Part shown: one piece after another, positions 25,305 to 38,320 of the stretch
Layout of the letters: the number at the start of each line of letters is the position of its first letter
How positions within the stretch are numbered: position 1 is the stretch's first letter
Assembly: GCA_951406725.2 (NCBI GenBank)
Contig: OX597817.1
Location: forward strand, 102,920,001-102,984,000
DNA from: Octopus vulgaris
Taxonomy: Eukaryota
DNA length: 64,000 nucleotides
Reading direction: 5' to 3'
The notes under the pieces: generated by a model
Seen by the model: the letters and a program-made list of their open reading frames with translations, nothing else
What the model was told of the DNA's origin: nothing
Database searches by the model: none
Program-made: the position numbers and the translations under genes

Positions 25305-26312
25305 AATGTTAAGCGGCATTTCTTTCGGCTTTGCGTTTGAGTTTAAATTCTGCTGAAGTCGACTTTACTTTCATATTTTCTGGGTCGATAAAATAAGTAT
25401 AAACTTGAACACCGGGGATGATGTAATGGATAAGACTCCCTCCCACCAGAAGATTTTAGACCTTTGTGTCTCCGACAAAAAGAAATCATTAACATTCACT
25501 TCTCTACCTGAAGGATTTGGCGCTGAGTGTTTTTTTTTTCCTTGGGTGGGGGTTAAAGAATGCACCCAATATCGACTGCGATTTGGAGGAACTGATGCAA
25601 AAGTAGCAATCTGACCACCATGAACATTTATTCTTCATAATCAATGTCTATGCCACATTCATCACACTTGATAGGTTGACGATAAAACTGCTTGCGTGTG
25701 TGTTTTTGTGTAGATTTCATCTTATACAAAGCGTGTAGCAACTGTAAAACTAGACGGACGGATGTCCTTGACATAATATACCAGTATAAATAATGCGGTA
25801 TATATAATAATGGTTTATTAAATGATGCTAGGTCAACATTTATTTGAGGGAGGGAGTTAGTTGATATATTGTTTTATTGATCCCCAAAAGGATGAAAAAT
25901 AAAATTAACCTCGGCTTCATTTGAATTCAAGGCGTAAAGAGCCGGAATTTTTGCTGCGATGCTTTATCCGACACTAACATTCTGCCAATCCATCTCGCTA
26001 TACTTCCTATAATCGGTAGTGTAGCTAGTGTGTGTAGGGCTGGAAATCAAGTGCGACCCACCTCGGCGACGCTTTTATGGAAGCGGTACTTTTATTTCTG
26101 CTGTATAAGCTTAAGGACTCGAGGGGCAGGGCGCGGCACATTCAAGGTCATCCCCGGGCGGTACACACTCTCAGTCTATAATACAATGTAATAATGGTTT
26201 CAAATTTTGGCACATGTCCGGGGGGAGGGGGTAAATCAATTACATCGACCCCAGTGCTCAGCTGGTACTTATTTTATCGACCCCGAAAGGATGAAAGGCA
26301 AAGTTGACCTCA
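25305..26312. mobile_element. Three SINE family B fragments (25305-25490 +, 25845-25995 -, 26193-26312 -)
   Basis: Meta-like ggggtcgataaaataagta(c) segments. Confidence 0.7.
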
Positions 26313-26317
26313 ACACA

Positions 26318-26523
26318 CTTTAAACACAAGAGAAGCTGCCTTCAACAGGCAGCTTCACGCGCTAGAAGAAGCAGTCAAAACGACCAAAACCACATTTAAG
26401 AGCAATTTCGAAGGGAATGAAAAATAAAAACTTTTACCTTGTTATTTTTTTACGGTCATACTTAGATTTCAAATTTTATTTAGCAAATATTATAATACGT
26501 ATATGTACATACATCTATACGTG

Positions 26524-26573
<50 letters not shown>

Positions 26574-27797
26574 GGGGGGACACAGGACGTCACGAAACGT
26601 GTACAACAAAAAATACGAAGTACGAGTACATGGAATATGAGCTATTTTTTCGAATAACGAAAGACATAAATGGAAAACAAGACAAACAACATCTGTTGCT
26701 CGCTGTTTTTCTACTCTCGTATTTCGAGCATTTAACAACAATATATGCTTTCGATAAAACAGTTGCTCCCGCAAAGCAAATTAAATAAAATTTTGGATTT
26801 TGCGGAGGGCAAAATTGGTAACATAAATAGAACAGTGAAAACAAACAGGAAGGGCTGCTAAGTCTAAACGAAGCTGTTGTGGCGAACGTGTAAATAAAGC
26901 TTGGACAGGAGACAGACAAGAACACGTCTTCCTTGTTCCAGCTCCAACGGAGAGAAAGAAAGAAACACAAGTTAGAAGAAAGAAAGATGGTCGATGGCCA
27001 CATGAGAGCCACGTGAAGAAGGGAGGAAGAGTAAGGGAGAGAGAGTGACAGAGTAATAGGATAGAATAGTGGAAGAAGTTGAGGTAAAAGAATAAGAGAA
27101 AGAAAGAGAGAAAAATGAAAGAGTAAAAAGATCGTATAGAGTGCGTATCAAAATTAAGATAAAACTTACTTGGAAGAGGATGCGTGGCGTTCAATCATAA
27201 TATATATGTATATATATATATATATATATATAAGGAAATGGAGAAACAAATTCATTTCGATTATCAACTTACGGATATTACAATTTCACATTATTTATTA
27301 ATTATGCAAATGGGAACATCAAAACAATATACATCAATATGTAATATAATAATAAAAAATAAAATAATACAAATAAACTGCTCCTTACAGCTGTTTCACT
27401 CTATGCTCAAGAGTCAATTCAACATAAATTGCCTATAGATGCAATTTCTTTTGCCGAACCGCTAAGTTGCGGGGACGTAAACACACCAACACCGGTTGTC
27501 AAGGGGTGATGAGGGAACAAAGACACACATAAATATATATACTTATATATACATATATACGACGGGCGTCTTTCAATTTCCCTCTACCAAATCTACTCAC
27601 AAGGCTTTGGTTTACCCGAGGCTATGGTAGAAGCCATTTGCCCAAGGTACCACGCAGTGGGACTGAACCCGGAACTATGTAATCGACTTAATTCCATTGT
27701 CTCGCCTTGCTTGTCCCCCTCTATGTTTAGCCCTTTGTAGGCAATAAAGAAATAAGTTCTCTTTTCAAACAAATTCGCTTATTTGTTATTACCGTTA
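26318..27797. repeat. Local composite duplication (copy of 22661-24052 joined to copy of 29258-29379)
   Basis: Shared private variants with both donors; junction microhomology tgtaat. Confidence 0.8.
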
Positions 27798-28029
27798 TTA
27801 CTTAAAGACTAACAATTTCGTCATTCCGTCGCTGTAATACAGTGTAACAATACAATATCATAATGCAGTTCACAAATACAGTTTTTCTCTCATTTATGTA
27901 ATAAATCGTATCTTTTTTATTAAGGAAAATTGTATTCATACAAGAAATGTATAGAAATATTAGTTGCTGAGTATGAATGACCTACGTGCATTTTTTATTG
28001 GATGATACTTTATTTTTAAGAGATTTTGA

Positions 28030-28160
28030 TAATCATCATCATCACCATCACTCCCACGATTATCATGGATACCGTTATCATAATTTTTATTACTACCATC
28101 GTTATCATCATCATCATCATCATCATCAACACCACCACCACTACCATAACCACTATTACC
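28030..28160. repeat. (CAT)n/(CAC)n-rich microsatellite
   Basis: Degenerate trinucleotide repeat. Confidence 0.9.
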
Positions 28161-29101
28161 TTCGCCATAGCAACACATTTGTTTATTCACGTATACTATT
28201 TATCTGTCATCATCACATCACTACCTTCATCTACCCTGTCTCTCCCCATCCCACCCATTTCCACCTCAACACTGCCATCAACATCGTCTGTCCATCTATT
28301 ATTATCACTAAATCAACGATTGCCCCAATACACCTATACCTGAGTGAGAAGGGTGGGGACTATATTCCCTGAGCTTTTCTTTTTTTTTTTCTCCCTTTTG
28401 TTCCTTGAGTTGATGCTTCGCTATGCATTAACCAGGGCTGAGCTATATCTGCCCAGCGTATGAAGTACCAAACTTCTGTCGGTGTTTCAGTAAAATACAC
28501 AGACACAGCAGATAATTGCCTTTGATATCTCGGAACATAAAAACCAAAAACTCATCAGCTTGGAATTTTCCACGGATATTCACTAGTACATAAACATAAT
28601 GAAACGTTACTAATTTGTCCGAATTTGAGAGGGAAATTGTATTTAGTTTTCCAATTCATGAAAGTCATTTCAAAACAAAAAGAAGAAAGAAAATAGACAT
28701 GCACTAACAATTTTTTTCTTATAACCTTCTGTGAAATATGAGAATAGACGGTATTTTTAACATTATGGCTTAAACATTGAATAATATGAATTATTCTTCC
28801 ATCTTTTGAATGTCTATTTAGCTTCCGGGAACATAGATGCGATCGACTAATATTATAATCTTGGGATTAAGGAAAGAGAGGAGAGAGGATGGAAGTATGA
28901 TAATGAAAGATAAATGGATAAAAGAGTGAAATAGAGAGGTGGGGAACGTGTGTGTGCGTGCGCGCAAGCAGGAAGCGAAAATTAATCAAAGGGATAGGGA
29001 AACCTTTTATTATAAACTAAACCGCTATCAAATGATTATAAGATAAACATTTTAAACAAACACAATTACAAACAACCTATATTACGAGTTCTCTTTTCAA
29101 A

Positions 29102-29333
29102 AGGCGGCGAGCTAGCAGGATCGCTAGCACGCCGGGCGAAATGCGTAGTCGTATTTCGTCTGTCGTTACGTTCTGAGTTCAAATTCCGCCGAGGTCGACT
29201 TTGCCTTTCATTCTTTCAGGGTCGATTAAATAAGTACTAGTTACGCACTGGGGTCGATGTAATCGACTTAATTCCTTTGTCTCTCTTGTTTTCCCCCCTC
29301 TATGTTTAGCCCCTTGTAGGCAATAAAGAAATA
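29102..29333 (+). mobile_element. SINE family B, young copy with 15-bp TSD
   Basis: TSD agttctcttttcaaa at 29087-29101 and 29334-29348. Confidence 0.92.
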
Positions 29334-31939
29334 AGTTCTCTTTTCAAACAAACAAATTCGCTTAATTGTTATTTCCGTTGTAGCAATTTGTACACTAAAA
29401 TTCCTAAGTAGGTACCAAACTTAGGAGTGTTGTTATTTTGCTCTCAGTTGATGTTATCAGAAAATTATAATTCCATTGGATGTTTTGAGATACGTTTTCG
29501 ATATTGCTGCATTCTATCTTCTTTAATTCATTTCGTTGACGCCTTACAATTATCTACTGAATTCTTCATACAATTCTAGATACTATCGGCTTTTAGTAGT
29601 TTTTCATTTAAGCGATGTTTACTGATGAATTTTTGTGAACGTCGTAATTTTTTTCTTTCATCTTTTAATCAGCAGGGATGTAGTGTCATGACTCTTTACA
29701 GGGTCCAAGGTTGGTGAGAACAAGTGAGGAATGTATCCTCAAATCGGTGAGCTTACTTGAATGCTTGGTGAACTCCGCCAAAGATACTCAAGGTGGCAGA
29801 TAGTAGTGTTAAATAAGCAGTTTAGTGTCGTAAAAACAATGAAAGTAAATTGCGCTGGAAGTGATGATAGTGAAAACACCGTAATTTCATAAACACAGGT
29901 ACCTACAGTCCCGTCGCCAGACGCTAGTGCCTGTGGGTGCTTCAGAATATTCTGGGTGGGCACTAATTTGTATTGCAGGTTGTTATGTGTAGTTTTGTTC
30001 TGATGGGTGATAGACAACTCAAATGAAGCCATTGTTATTGTTTTACGTGTTACATGGACTGTCAACATTCAGCGTAGTGATACATATATAATTTAGACAC
30101 AGTTCGTACTGTTTACTAACAAAATAGTGCCAAAAGTGGGGATGTATTCTACACACGTATGCCTACGTATACATATAGATATGAATGTGTAACACAGGTA
30201 GATTTTTGTAAACTGTATTTTCCAAATCTGAGGGTACAGTGCTCTCTATTGGCCTCCCTTAACGATGGGTACGGGCACCTGAGCTTTTCTGAAATAGCAG
30301 CTGAAGTAGACCTCTGCAACATAGCATACCTAACATACCTAACAACACCAGTGAAAAGCCAGTGATACGCGTTTGATATCCGATAGGTAGGCACCCCTAT
30401 GTTAATTTAGACCTCATATATAGTTGTGAAGTTCTGAACGATTCTTTAAATTTTGTTGCTCCAATGATGAGAGCATCCAGGCACAGACTATAAAAGGGCA
30501 GTGAATGCTTGTCAAAAAGAAACTCTGCTGAGAGTGTGGAATAAGAGCTACTTTACCGTCCAGATAAAACTGAGAATACAAAGAGTCAGAATAAATACCG
30601 CAAGCTACCCGAATTCTTACAGTTCTGTTAATCCATCATCCTGGATTGATACTTTTATTTTATCAAAGAACAAATATCGCGGCGCTCTAACGCAGTCATG
30701 GGTAAACTGCGACCCGTGAGAGTCTCCGAGTGGCAGGCACGACTAACGAAAAATTACCTTGCATTTTATAGTAGTACGGTCCGCCTGATGATAAGCTATG
30801 TTTCATGCGGCCCGCTTCTCGTAGAACGTTTCCCAATACCTGCTCTAACAACTCTGCCACTTTACTGCTTGTTTAATTATATGGCTCCATGCTTGATTAA
30901 CTCGTATATTAATGAATATTTCTCATGCTAAATCTCTGTACGTTTCTATTTTAATGATATCTTGTAAGAATATTGCTCCAATTTATTTGTTTGGTTATCG
31001 TTTATCGTACACTCGTATTCTTTGATAAATATTTCACTATTTTCTGTGGTTATTTTGAGACTAATGCGATATTGCAATAATCGAGTTTAGCTAAAACTCA
31101 AAGAAAAGTGAGTAAACACAGAATATGAATGTCGAATATTACATGCAAAGAACACTTCGACTGTACACCGGAAAATGTATTATTAGAGATTTGAACAAGC
31201 GCCATGGAAAAGATAAGGGTAGGTGTATGAATCTGATGAGCATTGTGCTGTCACTGGAGAGCAATTATGTTTGAACAAAACTGCATGTTCTTTTCATCGG
31301 GCATAAAACAAACAAAATAACTAATACTACTTTATTCCTTAATTATTCATTCACCTTAGTTAAAATCGATTAGCCAGACAAATAAGTCATTGAATTATGT
31401 TGGCAGTTTTATTTTATATAGTTAATATATTAATTACTGTATACAGTACTTCAGAATTGCTGTTATTGGTTTTCGCTTTCACAATTATTTTCTACTATTA
31501 AGGCACGGGTTACTAGTTTGTGATTTTATATATGTGCTTGTTTTATAGAACTCTCTTTCTTTCCTTCTTTCTCTCTTTCTTTCTTCAATGTAAAATTAAT
31601 TAAGAGAAAGTGGCTACGCAAAACACTCGGCAAATTTTCGGCAATTTACAATGAGTACAAAATAGTAATTTACAAAGCTTGTCATTTCATAATTCAGCTT
31701 TGTATATAACAGAAAGCAGCCTATAAAAAGTCAGTTAAAATTACGTATATACAGGATGTCCGAAAAATTATCTGTACGACTTCTGTCTGTTATTAAAAGT
31801 CAATCACGAATTGTAAAAAAGTTTTATGTTGTCCCAGTTTTCAGAGAAACTACCATTTTTTTTTCTTTTGCCTGCGCCAATTTCTGACGCTTTAAAAACT
31901 TTGATATTAACATTCACCCAAATCAAATGAATACACAGG

Positions 31940-32375
31940 AGAAAATATTCTAATCGCCCTTTTCAGGGTGAACCACCATAACGCCTTCTTAACTGGATCA
32001 CTAATCCGCTCTCTGAAATCTTTACGCGTCGGCAACGATGTGTTCAGCATCCAGTAGCTGGGTCCCTGTCTATGAAGTCTATCTAAGTCGACTGTATAGA
32101 TCACGAATTTGTGGTCTGTGTAGTCGACTATTTTAAACTGTGGACAACCTATGATGTCCTTATCTGCTACTCTTCAGAATACCCTATCTAGATACGATCT
32201 GGATGACCCGATGCAGTTTCACCAGGTCTACACTGGCACAGCTGAGAAATCCAGTTAGACTGTTGGAATCGCCTGAGCAGATTTGCGAGACTTTTGCACC
32301 CATCTCTCCTATCTGCTAAACCTACACCGTCCCACCCTACATCTAAAACTCCATTCCAACCCCTCCACTAACACT
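31940..32375 (-). mobile_element. Tx1/L1-clade LINE, APE endonuclease fragment
   Basis: Minus reads G.WNGVLD, SRSYLDRV, YTDHKFV, QGPSYWMLNTSL...WWFTLKRAIR, matching the SDH...GPGYWKLNTSLL...W..K..IR pattern. Confidence 0.75.
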
Positions 32376-32461
32376 CCGCCGAAGTCGACTTCGTCGTTGA
32401 TCCTTTCGGGGTCGATAAAAATAAGTATTCCTGGGGACGATATAATTCAGACTTTGTGTCT

Positions 32462-32848
32462 GGATGGAAGCACTCCGTCGGTTACGACGACGAGGGTTCC
32501 GGTTGATCCGAATCAACGGAACAGCCTGCTTGTGAAATTAACGTGTAAGTGGCTGAGCACTCCACAGACACGTGTACCCTTAACGTAGTTCTCGGGGATA
32601 TTCAGCGTGACACAGAGTGTGACAAGGCCGGCCCTTTGAAATACAGGTACAACAGAAACAGGAAGTAAGAGTGAGAGAAAGCTGTGGTGAAAGAGTACAG
32701 CAGGGGTCACCACCATCCCTGCCGGAGCCGCGTGGAGCTTTAGGTGTTTTCGCTCAATAAACACTCACAACGCCCGGTCTGGGAATCGAAACCGCGATCC
32801 TACGACCGCGAGTCCGCTGCCCTAACCACTGGGCCATTGCGCCTTCAC
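32462..32848 (-). mobile_element. tRNA(Arg)-derived SINE with 11-bp TSD, inserted in a SINE B tail
   Basis: Head GGCGCAATGGCCCAGTGGTTAGGGCAGCGGACTCGCGGTCG...GGTTTCGATTCCC (TCG anticodon-like); TSD actttgtgtct at 32451-32461 and 32849-32859. Confidence 0.88.
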
Positions 32849-33174
32849 ACTTTGTGTCTATAGTAGAAAGGATTACTATTATTATTGTCATACGTGACAA
32901 TTTTATCTTTCGTTCAAAATTGATTCAACGATTCAAGTGAACATACAGGTGTGGGCTTATCAAATTTGAAATGTTTTTAATCGTTTATCCTTACAGAGAT
33001 TTGACCTTGTGTTTCTTCTTCAGAGTATTAGAATATACTTCCTAATTCCATACTTACAAGCTTCATTTCATTATGTGCAGCTAAACAAATCCATGAAATA
33101 CATTTCAGTTTCATAAAATAAATTTTAGAAAACTTGTACTTTCTCCACGCCCAACTACAACATCAAAATTAATT

Positions 33175-33742
33175 CCAATATTGGCACAAAGCCAGCTATT
33201 TTCTGGGGAGCAGTTTTGTCGATACCGCCCACCCAGTTCTTGGCTGGTACTTCATCTAATTGACTCAAAAGGAGAAAAGGTGAAATTGTCCTTGGCGGTG
33301 GGGAGCAATAATAATGCTAAAAATAATTAGCAAAGAATTGCTATCGGTGCCCCAGCATGGCCTCAGCCGGATGGCTGAAACAAGTAAAAGAGTAAAAGAG
33401 TATAGCTAAACAAGATAAATTATTGCTCATTCAAACGAAGAGTTTGTAATTTCGTTCATTCTCTGTTGACACCCAGCATAAGTTACCGGATTTGGTCTCC
33501 ACATTCAGACGTTCATTGGTTGAAGAGGGTGAAAATATGCATAAAATTCTATCACAATACTTCCCAATTTGGTATTATTGTGATTAGATTCTTAAATTTA
33601 TTTTCATTATCTCTTTTCTTGACATGAATATCGGTTTCAAATTTTGGCACAAGGCCAGCAATTTAGAGGGAGGGGCTAAGTCGATTAAATCGACTCCGGT
33701 GCTCTACTTATTTCATCGACCCCGAAAGGATGAAAGGCAAAG
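33175..33742. mobile_element. SINE fragments (B at 33175-33300 and 33630-33742, A tail at 33340-33400)
   Basis: Similarity to the in-window family copies. Confidence 0.65.
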
Positions 33743-34449
33743 CAGATCGCCGCCTTTTTCTTCACATCAATATCAACAACTTCTTCCATTTGATCTGTCA
33801 TTAGAGTGTGCTCGGTAGTTTTGATTCTTTTGCAAGAACAGCAGTTTGTCACCTGTTGCGTTCTTTGACTTTTTACAAAGTTTGTTCTTTATGAACAATT
33901 TTAAACATAACTAAATTTAAACCGTTTCTTATAAATCCTCTCCCTCCCTCCCCACCTTAGAAAGGAAACTGAAAAAGAAAGAAAGAAAGAAAAGGAACCT
34001 AGTATAAAAGGCCGCTATCAGGAGAAAGAAATTGGTTTCACAATTTGAGTATCATGTTTTAGGTGCAATTAATATATAACGAAGAGACCATCTGTCGCAA
34101 TTTGCGGCTTAGGTTTTATTGGCACGTCGATTACAGTGCTCATTATACCGCGGCATCAACGAAGACGTGGGTTCGAATCCCATTTGCACTTTACATCTTT
34201 ATTCGCGCTCTTACGAGTACTCTTTGAATCTGCATGCTGCATTGTATTTGCTTTAATATATACACACATAGTGGCTGTCCCTCCCCACAAGTTGTTGGCC
34301 TTGTGCCTAAATAAGAAATTTTTTAATTTCTAGGGTATCACCCTTGATTTTTTTTTATAAAACCAGAATTAGTTATTTAATTTATATATCCTATTTACTT
34401 TATAGCATATGATATTATTTGTAATGTTCTTTTTTTTATTATATGTATG

Positions 34450-34512
<63 letters not shown>

Positions 34513-34611
34513 TTAAAAGTAAAATAAAATTATCATTAGATTCTCCAGCTGTTGTATCAATATGAATAGCTTACAATAAAATTCCACAGGAGATAGATTA
34601 GCAAAAATTTA

Positions 34612-34791
34612 AGAAGGGAGGGTTGGAATAAAAGCGGAGAGGATCTTAAAAATTAATAAGCGTGAGGTGGGATTCAAAAATCTGAAAAATTAATAAGTGG
34701 GGTTGGGGTTGGAATAAAAGCGGAGTGGAATGGAAAAAATCTGAAAAATTAATAAGCAGTGGAGGGAACATTATTCAAGATCCCCAGAGTA
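34612..34791. mobile_element. DNA transposon end with aaaaattaataagcg/gggttggaataaaagcgg subrepeats
   Basis: Repeated subterminal motifs ending in ...agagta. Confidence 0.5.
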
Positions 34792-34834
34792 GCCGAGTAT
34801 GACCATCAATGACAAATTACTTTATGCTAGGTGT

Positions 34835-35528
34835 TGTAGAACGACCGTGCGAAAGGAGAAGTGACGAATGAATGACTCCTTTAATATACCGCACGGTCGC
34901 TTACACTAAAAGCCAAAATGGGTTAATGAGTATGAGTGCCAGAAAGGGAAAATGAAGATAACACAACCGTAGAACGTTAAGAGAAAGGTTTTATTTAGAT
35001 GTTAGCAAACTGTATGTCTGTGTATGCGACATAAGTACATATATAATAATAATAATAACAATAGACGGGCCGTCGTGCATACATAATGTGTATGTGTGTA
35101 CAAACAAGGGTGTATGTGTGTGAGATAAAATACAGAGCATAGAAAGAAAGAGTCTATAACAGGACGCTAGAAGTTCAAACACAATGAAGTGTGAGATAAA
35201 ATACAGAGCATGGAAAGAGTCTATAACAGGACGCTAGAAGTTCAGACACAATGAAGATAAATACCAGTTCGTAGTCAGGTACATAATAGTTGAAGTTCTG
35301 TAACAAGAAGTTGTGGCTACAATTGCAGAGCCGGTTGAATACGTGTCGTGTAAGCGGTTGTTGCTACTGTTATCAGAAGGTTGCGATTGGTTGGGTTGCT
35401 CATTGGCACGTAATACAGCAAGAGTCAAATTGCGCCAATACCAACCAATTAGAGTAGTGGACACAACAGGGTCCAAAAAGCCGAAGGTTAGCTGTTATCT
35501 GCTACGTCCGTATTTATGCTATATATGT

Positions 35529-35567
<39 letters not shown>

Positions 35568-35586
35568 TCACTAAGCGCCCGCTACA
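34835..35586 (-). mobile_element. Candidate solo LTR (Gypsy-like)
   Basis: TGTAG...CTACA termini; imperfect 4-bp TSD gtgt/atgt; CCAAT cluster; minus-strand ATTAAA ~45 nt from the 3' end; internal ~70-bp tandem duplication at 35118-35256. Confidence 0.55.
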
Positions 35587-36629
35587 ATGTTAAAGACAGT
35601 GACTTGTAACGATAAAGTTTTTAGTTGAAGTCGAGGGTCACGAATTGTAGCGGGAGAAACGATAAAAATTTATTGTTATAATTGCATACTGTAGGATGTG
35701 AAAGATGAACAATGCATGATGTTTTAAGGAAATATTTATTTACCGTTACGTTACAATACCTTGCCTCGACGGGCAAGTTATGATATCCTAGAGCATGCGA
35801 AAGAAAGTTAGATGTGGTTGTGTTCTCTGCATTGTTTAATAGTAATTACGGAGAGAGATTGAATGATGCTGTAAGAGAACAGAATTAGAGCTAGAGAGAA
35901 TTGTAGGGTGTTGTCTCACAGCTGCTGACGGCAAACTTTATTTCTCCCTCTGACCAAGGTTATAGCTGGTCAGCCAGACTTCGTTGTCACCGAAGTGACT
36001 AACTGATTTTTGCTTGGGATGTGCTTGCTTATATAACTATCCAGAAGGATAGATATATCATTGAGAACAATAAATTTAGTTGGTCGTCTTGTTATCTTTA
36101 TTCTAGCTTTTGGTGAAGTAGAAGAGGTTAGAAAAGGTCAAGTGGTGAAGACATTATTTCGACCTAGCTAAAGGCATCTAGAAAATGTAAAACTGCTGTT
36201 AGAGAAAAACCATTGTTCCACCGTGGGAAAAGTTCTGTTGCAGTGTTAATTTAAATTTAGCTATGGTGGATCGAATCCACTTCATGCTTGCAAGATCCAC
36301 TGCAGACTGTTAGAAAAGCCTACATTGAGATTTCAAGTCAGCAGCCTGACTCTACAACTCGGAGCGTCTTCATCCAAATGCTGTTGTTCTTCCTTGAATA
36401 AGGGAGTCTTTCTACGGTCGTAGCATTTTTCCTCGAAGTCCCAGACTTTGGAACTTTCTTCTCTCTGGTTGTTTTCCTCCTTCTTATGAACTGAACTCTT
36501 TCAAGTTTAAAATTCAGTCTATTGTCTTAATTTCTCCTTCTTCATAGTCTCTTATACTAAGTGGCTTTTCGCATTGTTTGTGACTTTCATACATACGTAC
36601 ATACATACATACATACATACATACACATA

Positions 36630-36663
<34 letters not shown>

Positions 36664-36674
36664 ATATATATATA

Positions 36675-36805
36675 TAACAGGCTTCTTTCAGTTTCCACCT
36701 ACGAAATCTACTCACAAGACTTTGGTCGGCCTGGTGCAACAGTAGAAGACACTTGCCCAAGGTGCTATGTATTGGAACTGAACCCGAAACCATGTGGCTG
36801 GGAAA
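36675..36805 (-). mobile_element. SINE family A head fragment
   Basis: Matches family A 5' portion. Confidence 0.75.
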
Positions 36806-37068
36806 GACTTGAACCTTAAGTTAAACAATAATAAAAATATAAAGATGTATTGTAATATTTAAAGATTGACAATTGTCCTAGTTTTTTAAATATTACTTTT
36901 TTTTTGTTGCTTATTTTACTAATTGCCAAAGCCTGATCCCCCCAGTCTAAATATTTTCAGTTTATAGCTCTCGTACCCTTGAGTAATAACTTAGCTACGC
37001 ACAGTTGAAATCGAGGTTGAAGTCATGGGTAATACATGTTAGAAGGATAAAAGACGCCAGACTTGAAG

Positions 37069-37109
<41 letters not shown>

Positions 37110-37897
37110 AAACCAACAAATTGTTTGTAGAGGAAAGGAGAGAGTCATAAAAAAAATTTCACATAGTTTAGTATATTTCCAAGGGACTTGGAATATTAAA
37201 ATATAGCCAATCTGGCAACTATGCTGTTCATTACTTTTGAACATAGAAGGTGGAAAAAGAAGGTAAATGACGCATTCACAGCGCACTAAACAAGCAATAA
37301 AATGATGTGTGACTGAGAGATTGATAGTATCAGGGGGGTTACGTTTTCTTATATGAGCATAAATAAATTACAATTAAAGAAACCCTATTACCTACGAGCA
37401 TAAACTTTACGATTTATTGTTACGTATCTTTAATCTAGGGACGTTAAATATGTCGGTATTTATTTCAACTTCATGTCCCACTAAAAATTGGGTCAATCAA
37501 CCAATATTCATTTTATGTTATAAGTTCTTTTTGTTCTAAATATATTTTTTCTCCTTCAAAATTGTATATTCTTTTCCGAATGAGATATTAATTACTAAAT
37601 TATTTTAAGCTTTGTTATATTCTCATTTTCAAAACTTGATTCTATCCAGATACAAAGTTTTTGTCTATTCACATTTAAACGCTTTTTTTATTTTCAAATC
37701 AATTGTGTTCTCTCGTGCATTGGTTCCCAACTGGGCTCTATATGGCCCTTGGGGTCCATCAAATATTTTATTGTGAAAATTTATGTGCAATAAATTGGTT
37801 ATAATTCTGCAATACACAAATATTTCATTTCTTTTATTTTTTTTTTTTGTTACAATTCCTAATAATATTTAATTATAAAAATACCTGAAGATTTTTT

Positions 37898-38320
37898 GGA
37901 TCTTTTCCTTTTAACCGGCAGATTTAGAAAATAAATTTTTGTAACTAAACATTTTCAAACTTCGTATACTGGTAGAATGTGTCATATAAAACACCTTTTA
38001 CTCTTAGAGTTTTTGAGAAAAGCTTATAGTTACGAAGTTATTTTGTGTTAAAGTTGTATTTCGGTAATTTCAACCAATCAATGACGTGTATTCAGCTGAA
38101 TAAAATTACTGCCGTTGTTTGTCAACGACAACTATCGGTGGTGTATATTTCATTTGTCACTGTTATTTATGACATTGTTCGTGCATTTGTACTGGTTTTA
38201 GCTTTAAGGTTTTAGGGCTAGGGTTTTAGGGTTAGGGTTAGGGGATTAGGGTTAGGGTTTTAGGGATAGGTTTAGGGTCTTAGGGTTAGGGTTAGGATTT
38301 AAGGTTAGGGTTAGGGTTTT
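37898..38320 (+). mobile_element. One arm of a GGATC-terminated element ending in degenerate (TTAGGG)n
   Basis: First ~200 bp resemble the arm of 43977-44810; telomere-like array at ~38205-38320. Confidence 0.75.

Noticed and set aside
27960-28372. His-rich, Asp-rich and Ile/Thr-rich ORFs
   Set aside because: Three frames of one (CAT)n microsatellite.
32770-32845. tRNA-Arg gene
   Set aside because: No complete acceptor stem; it is the head of a TSD-flanked SINE.
36290-36550. Possible Gypsy gag remnant on the minus strand
   Set aside because: Only Glu/Lys-rich composition with several stops; no motif I can support.
38205-38320. Chromosome end or fusion-site telomere
   Set aside because: Short, degenerate and embedded in a transposon arm, like the other TTAGGG tracts.
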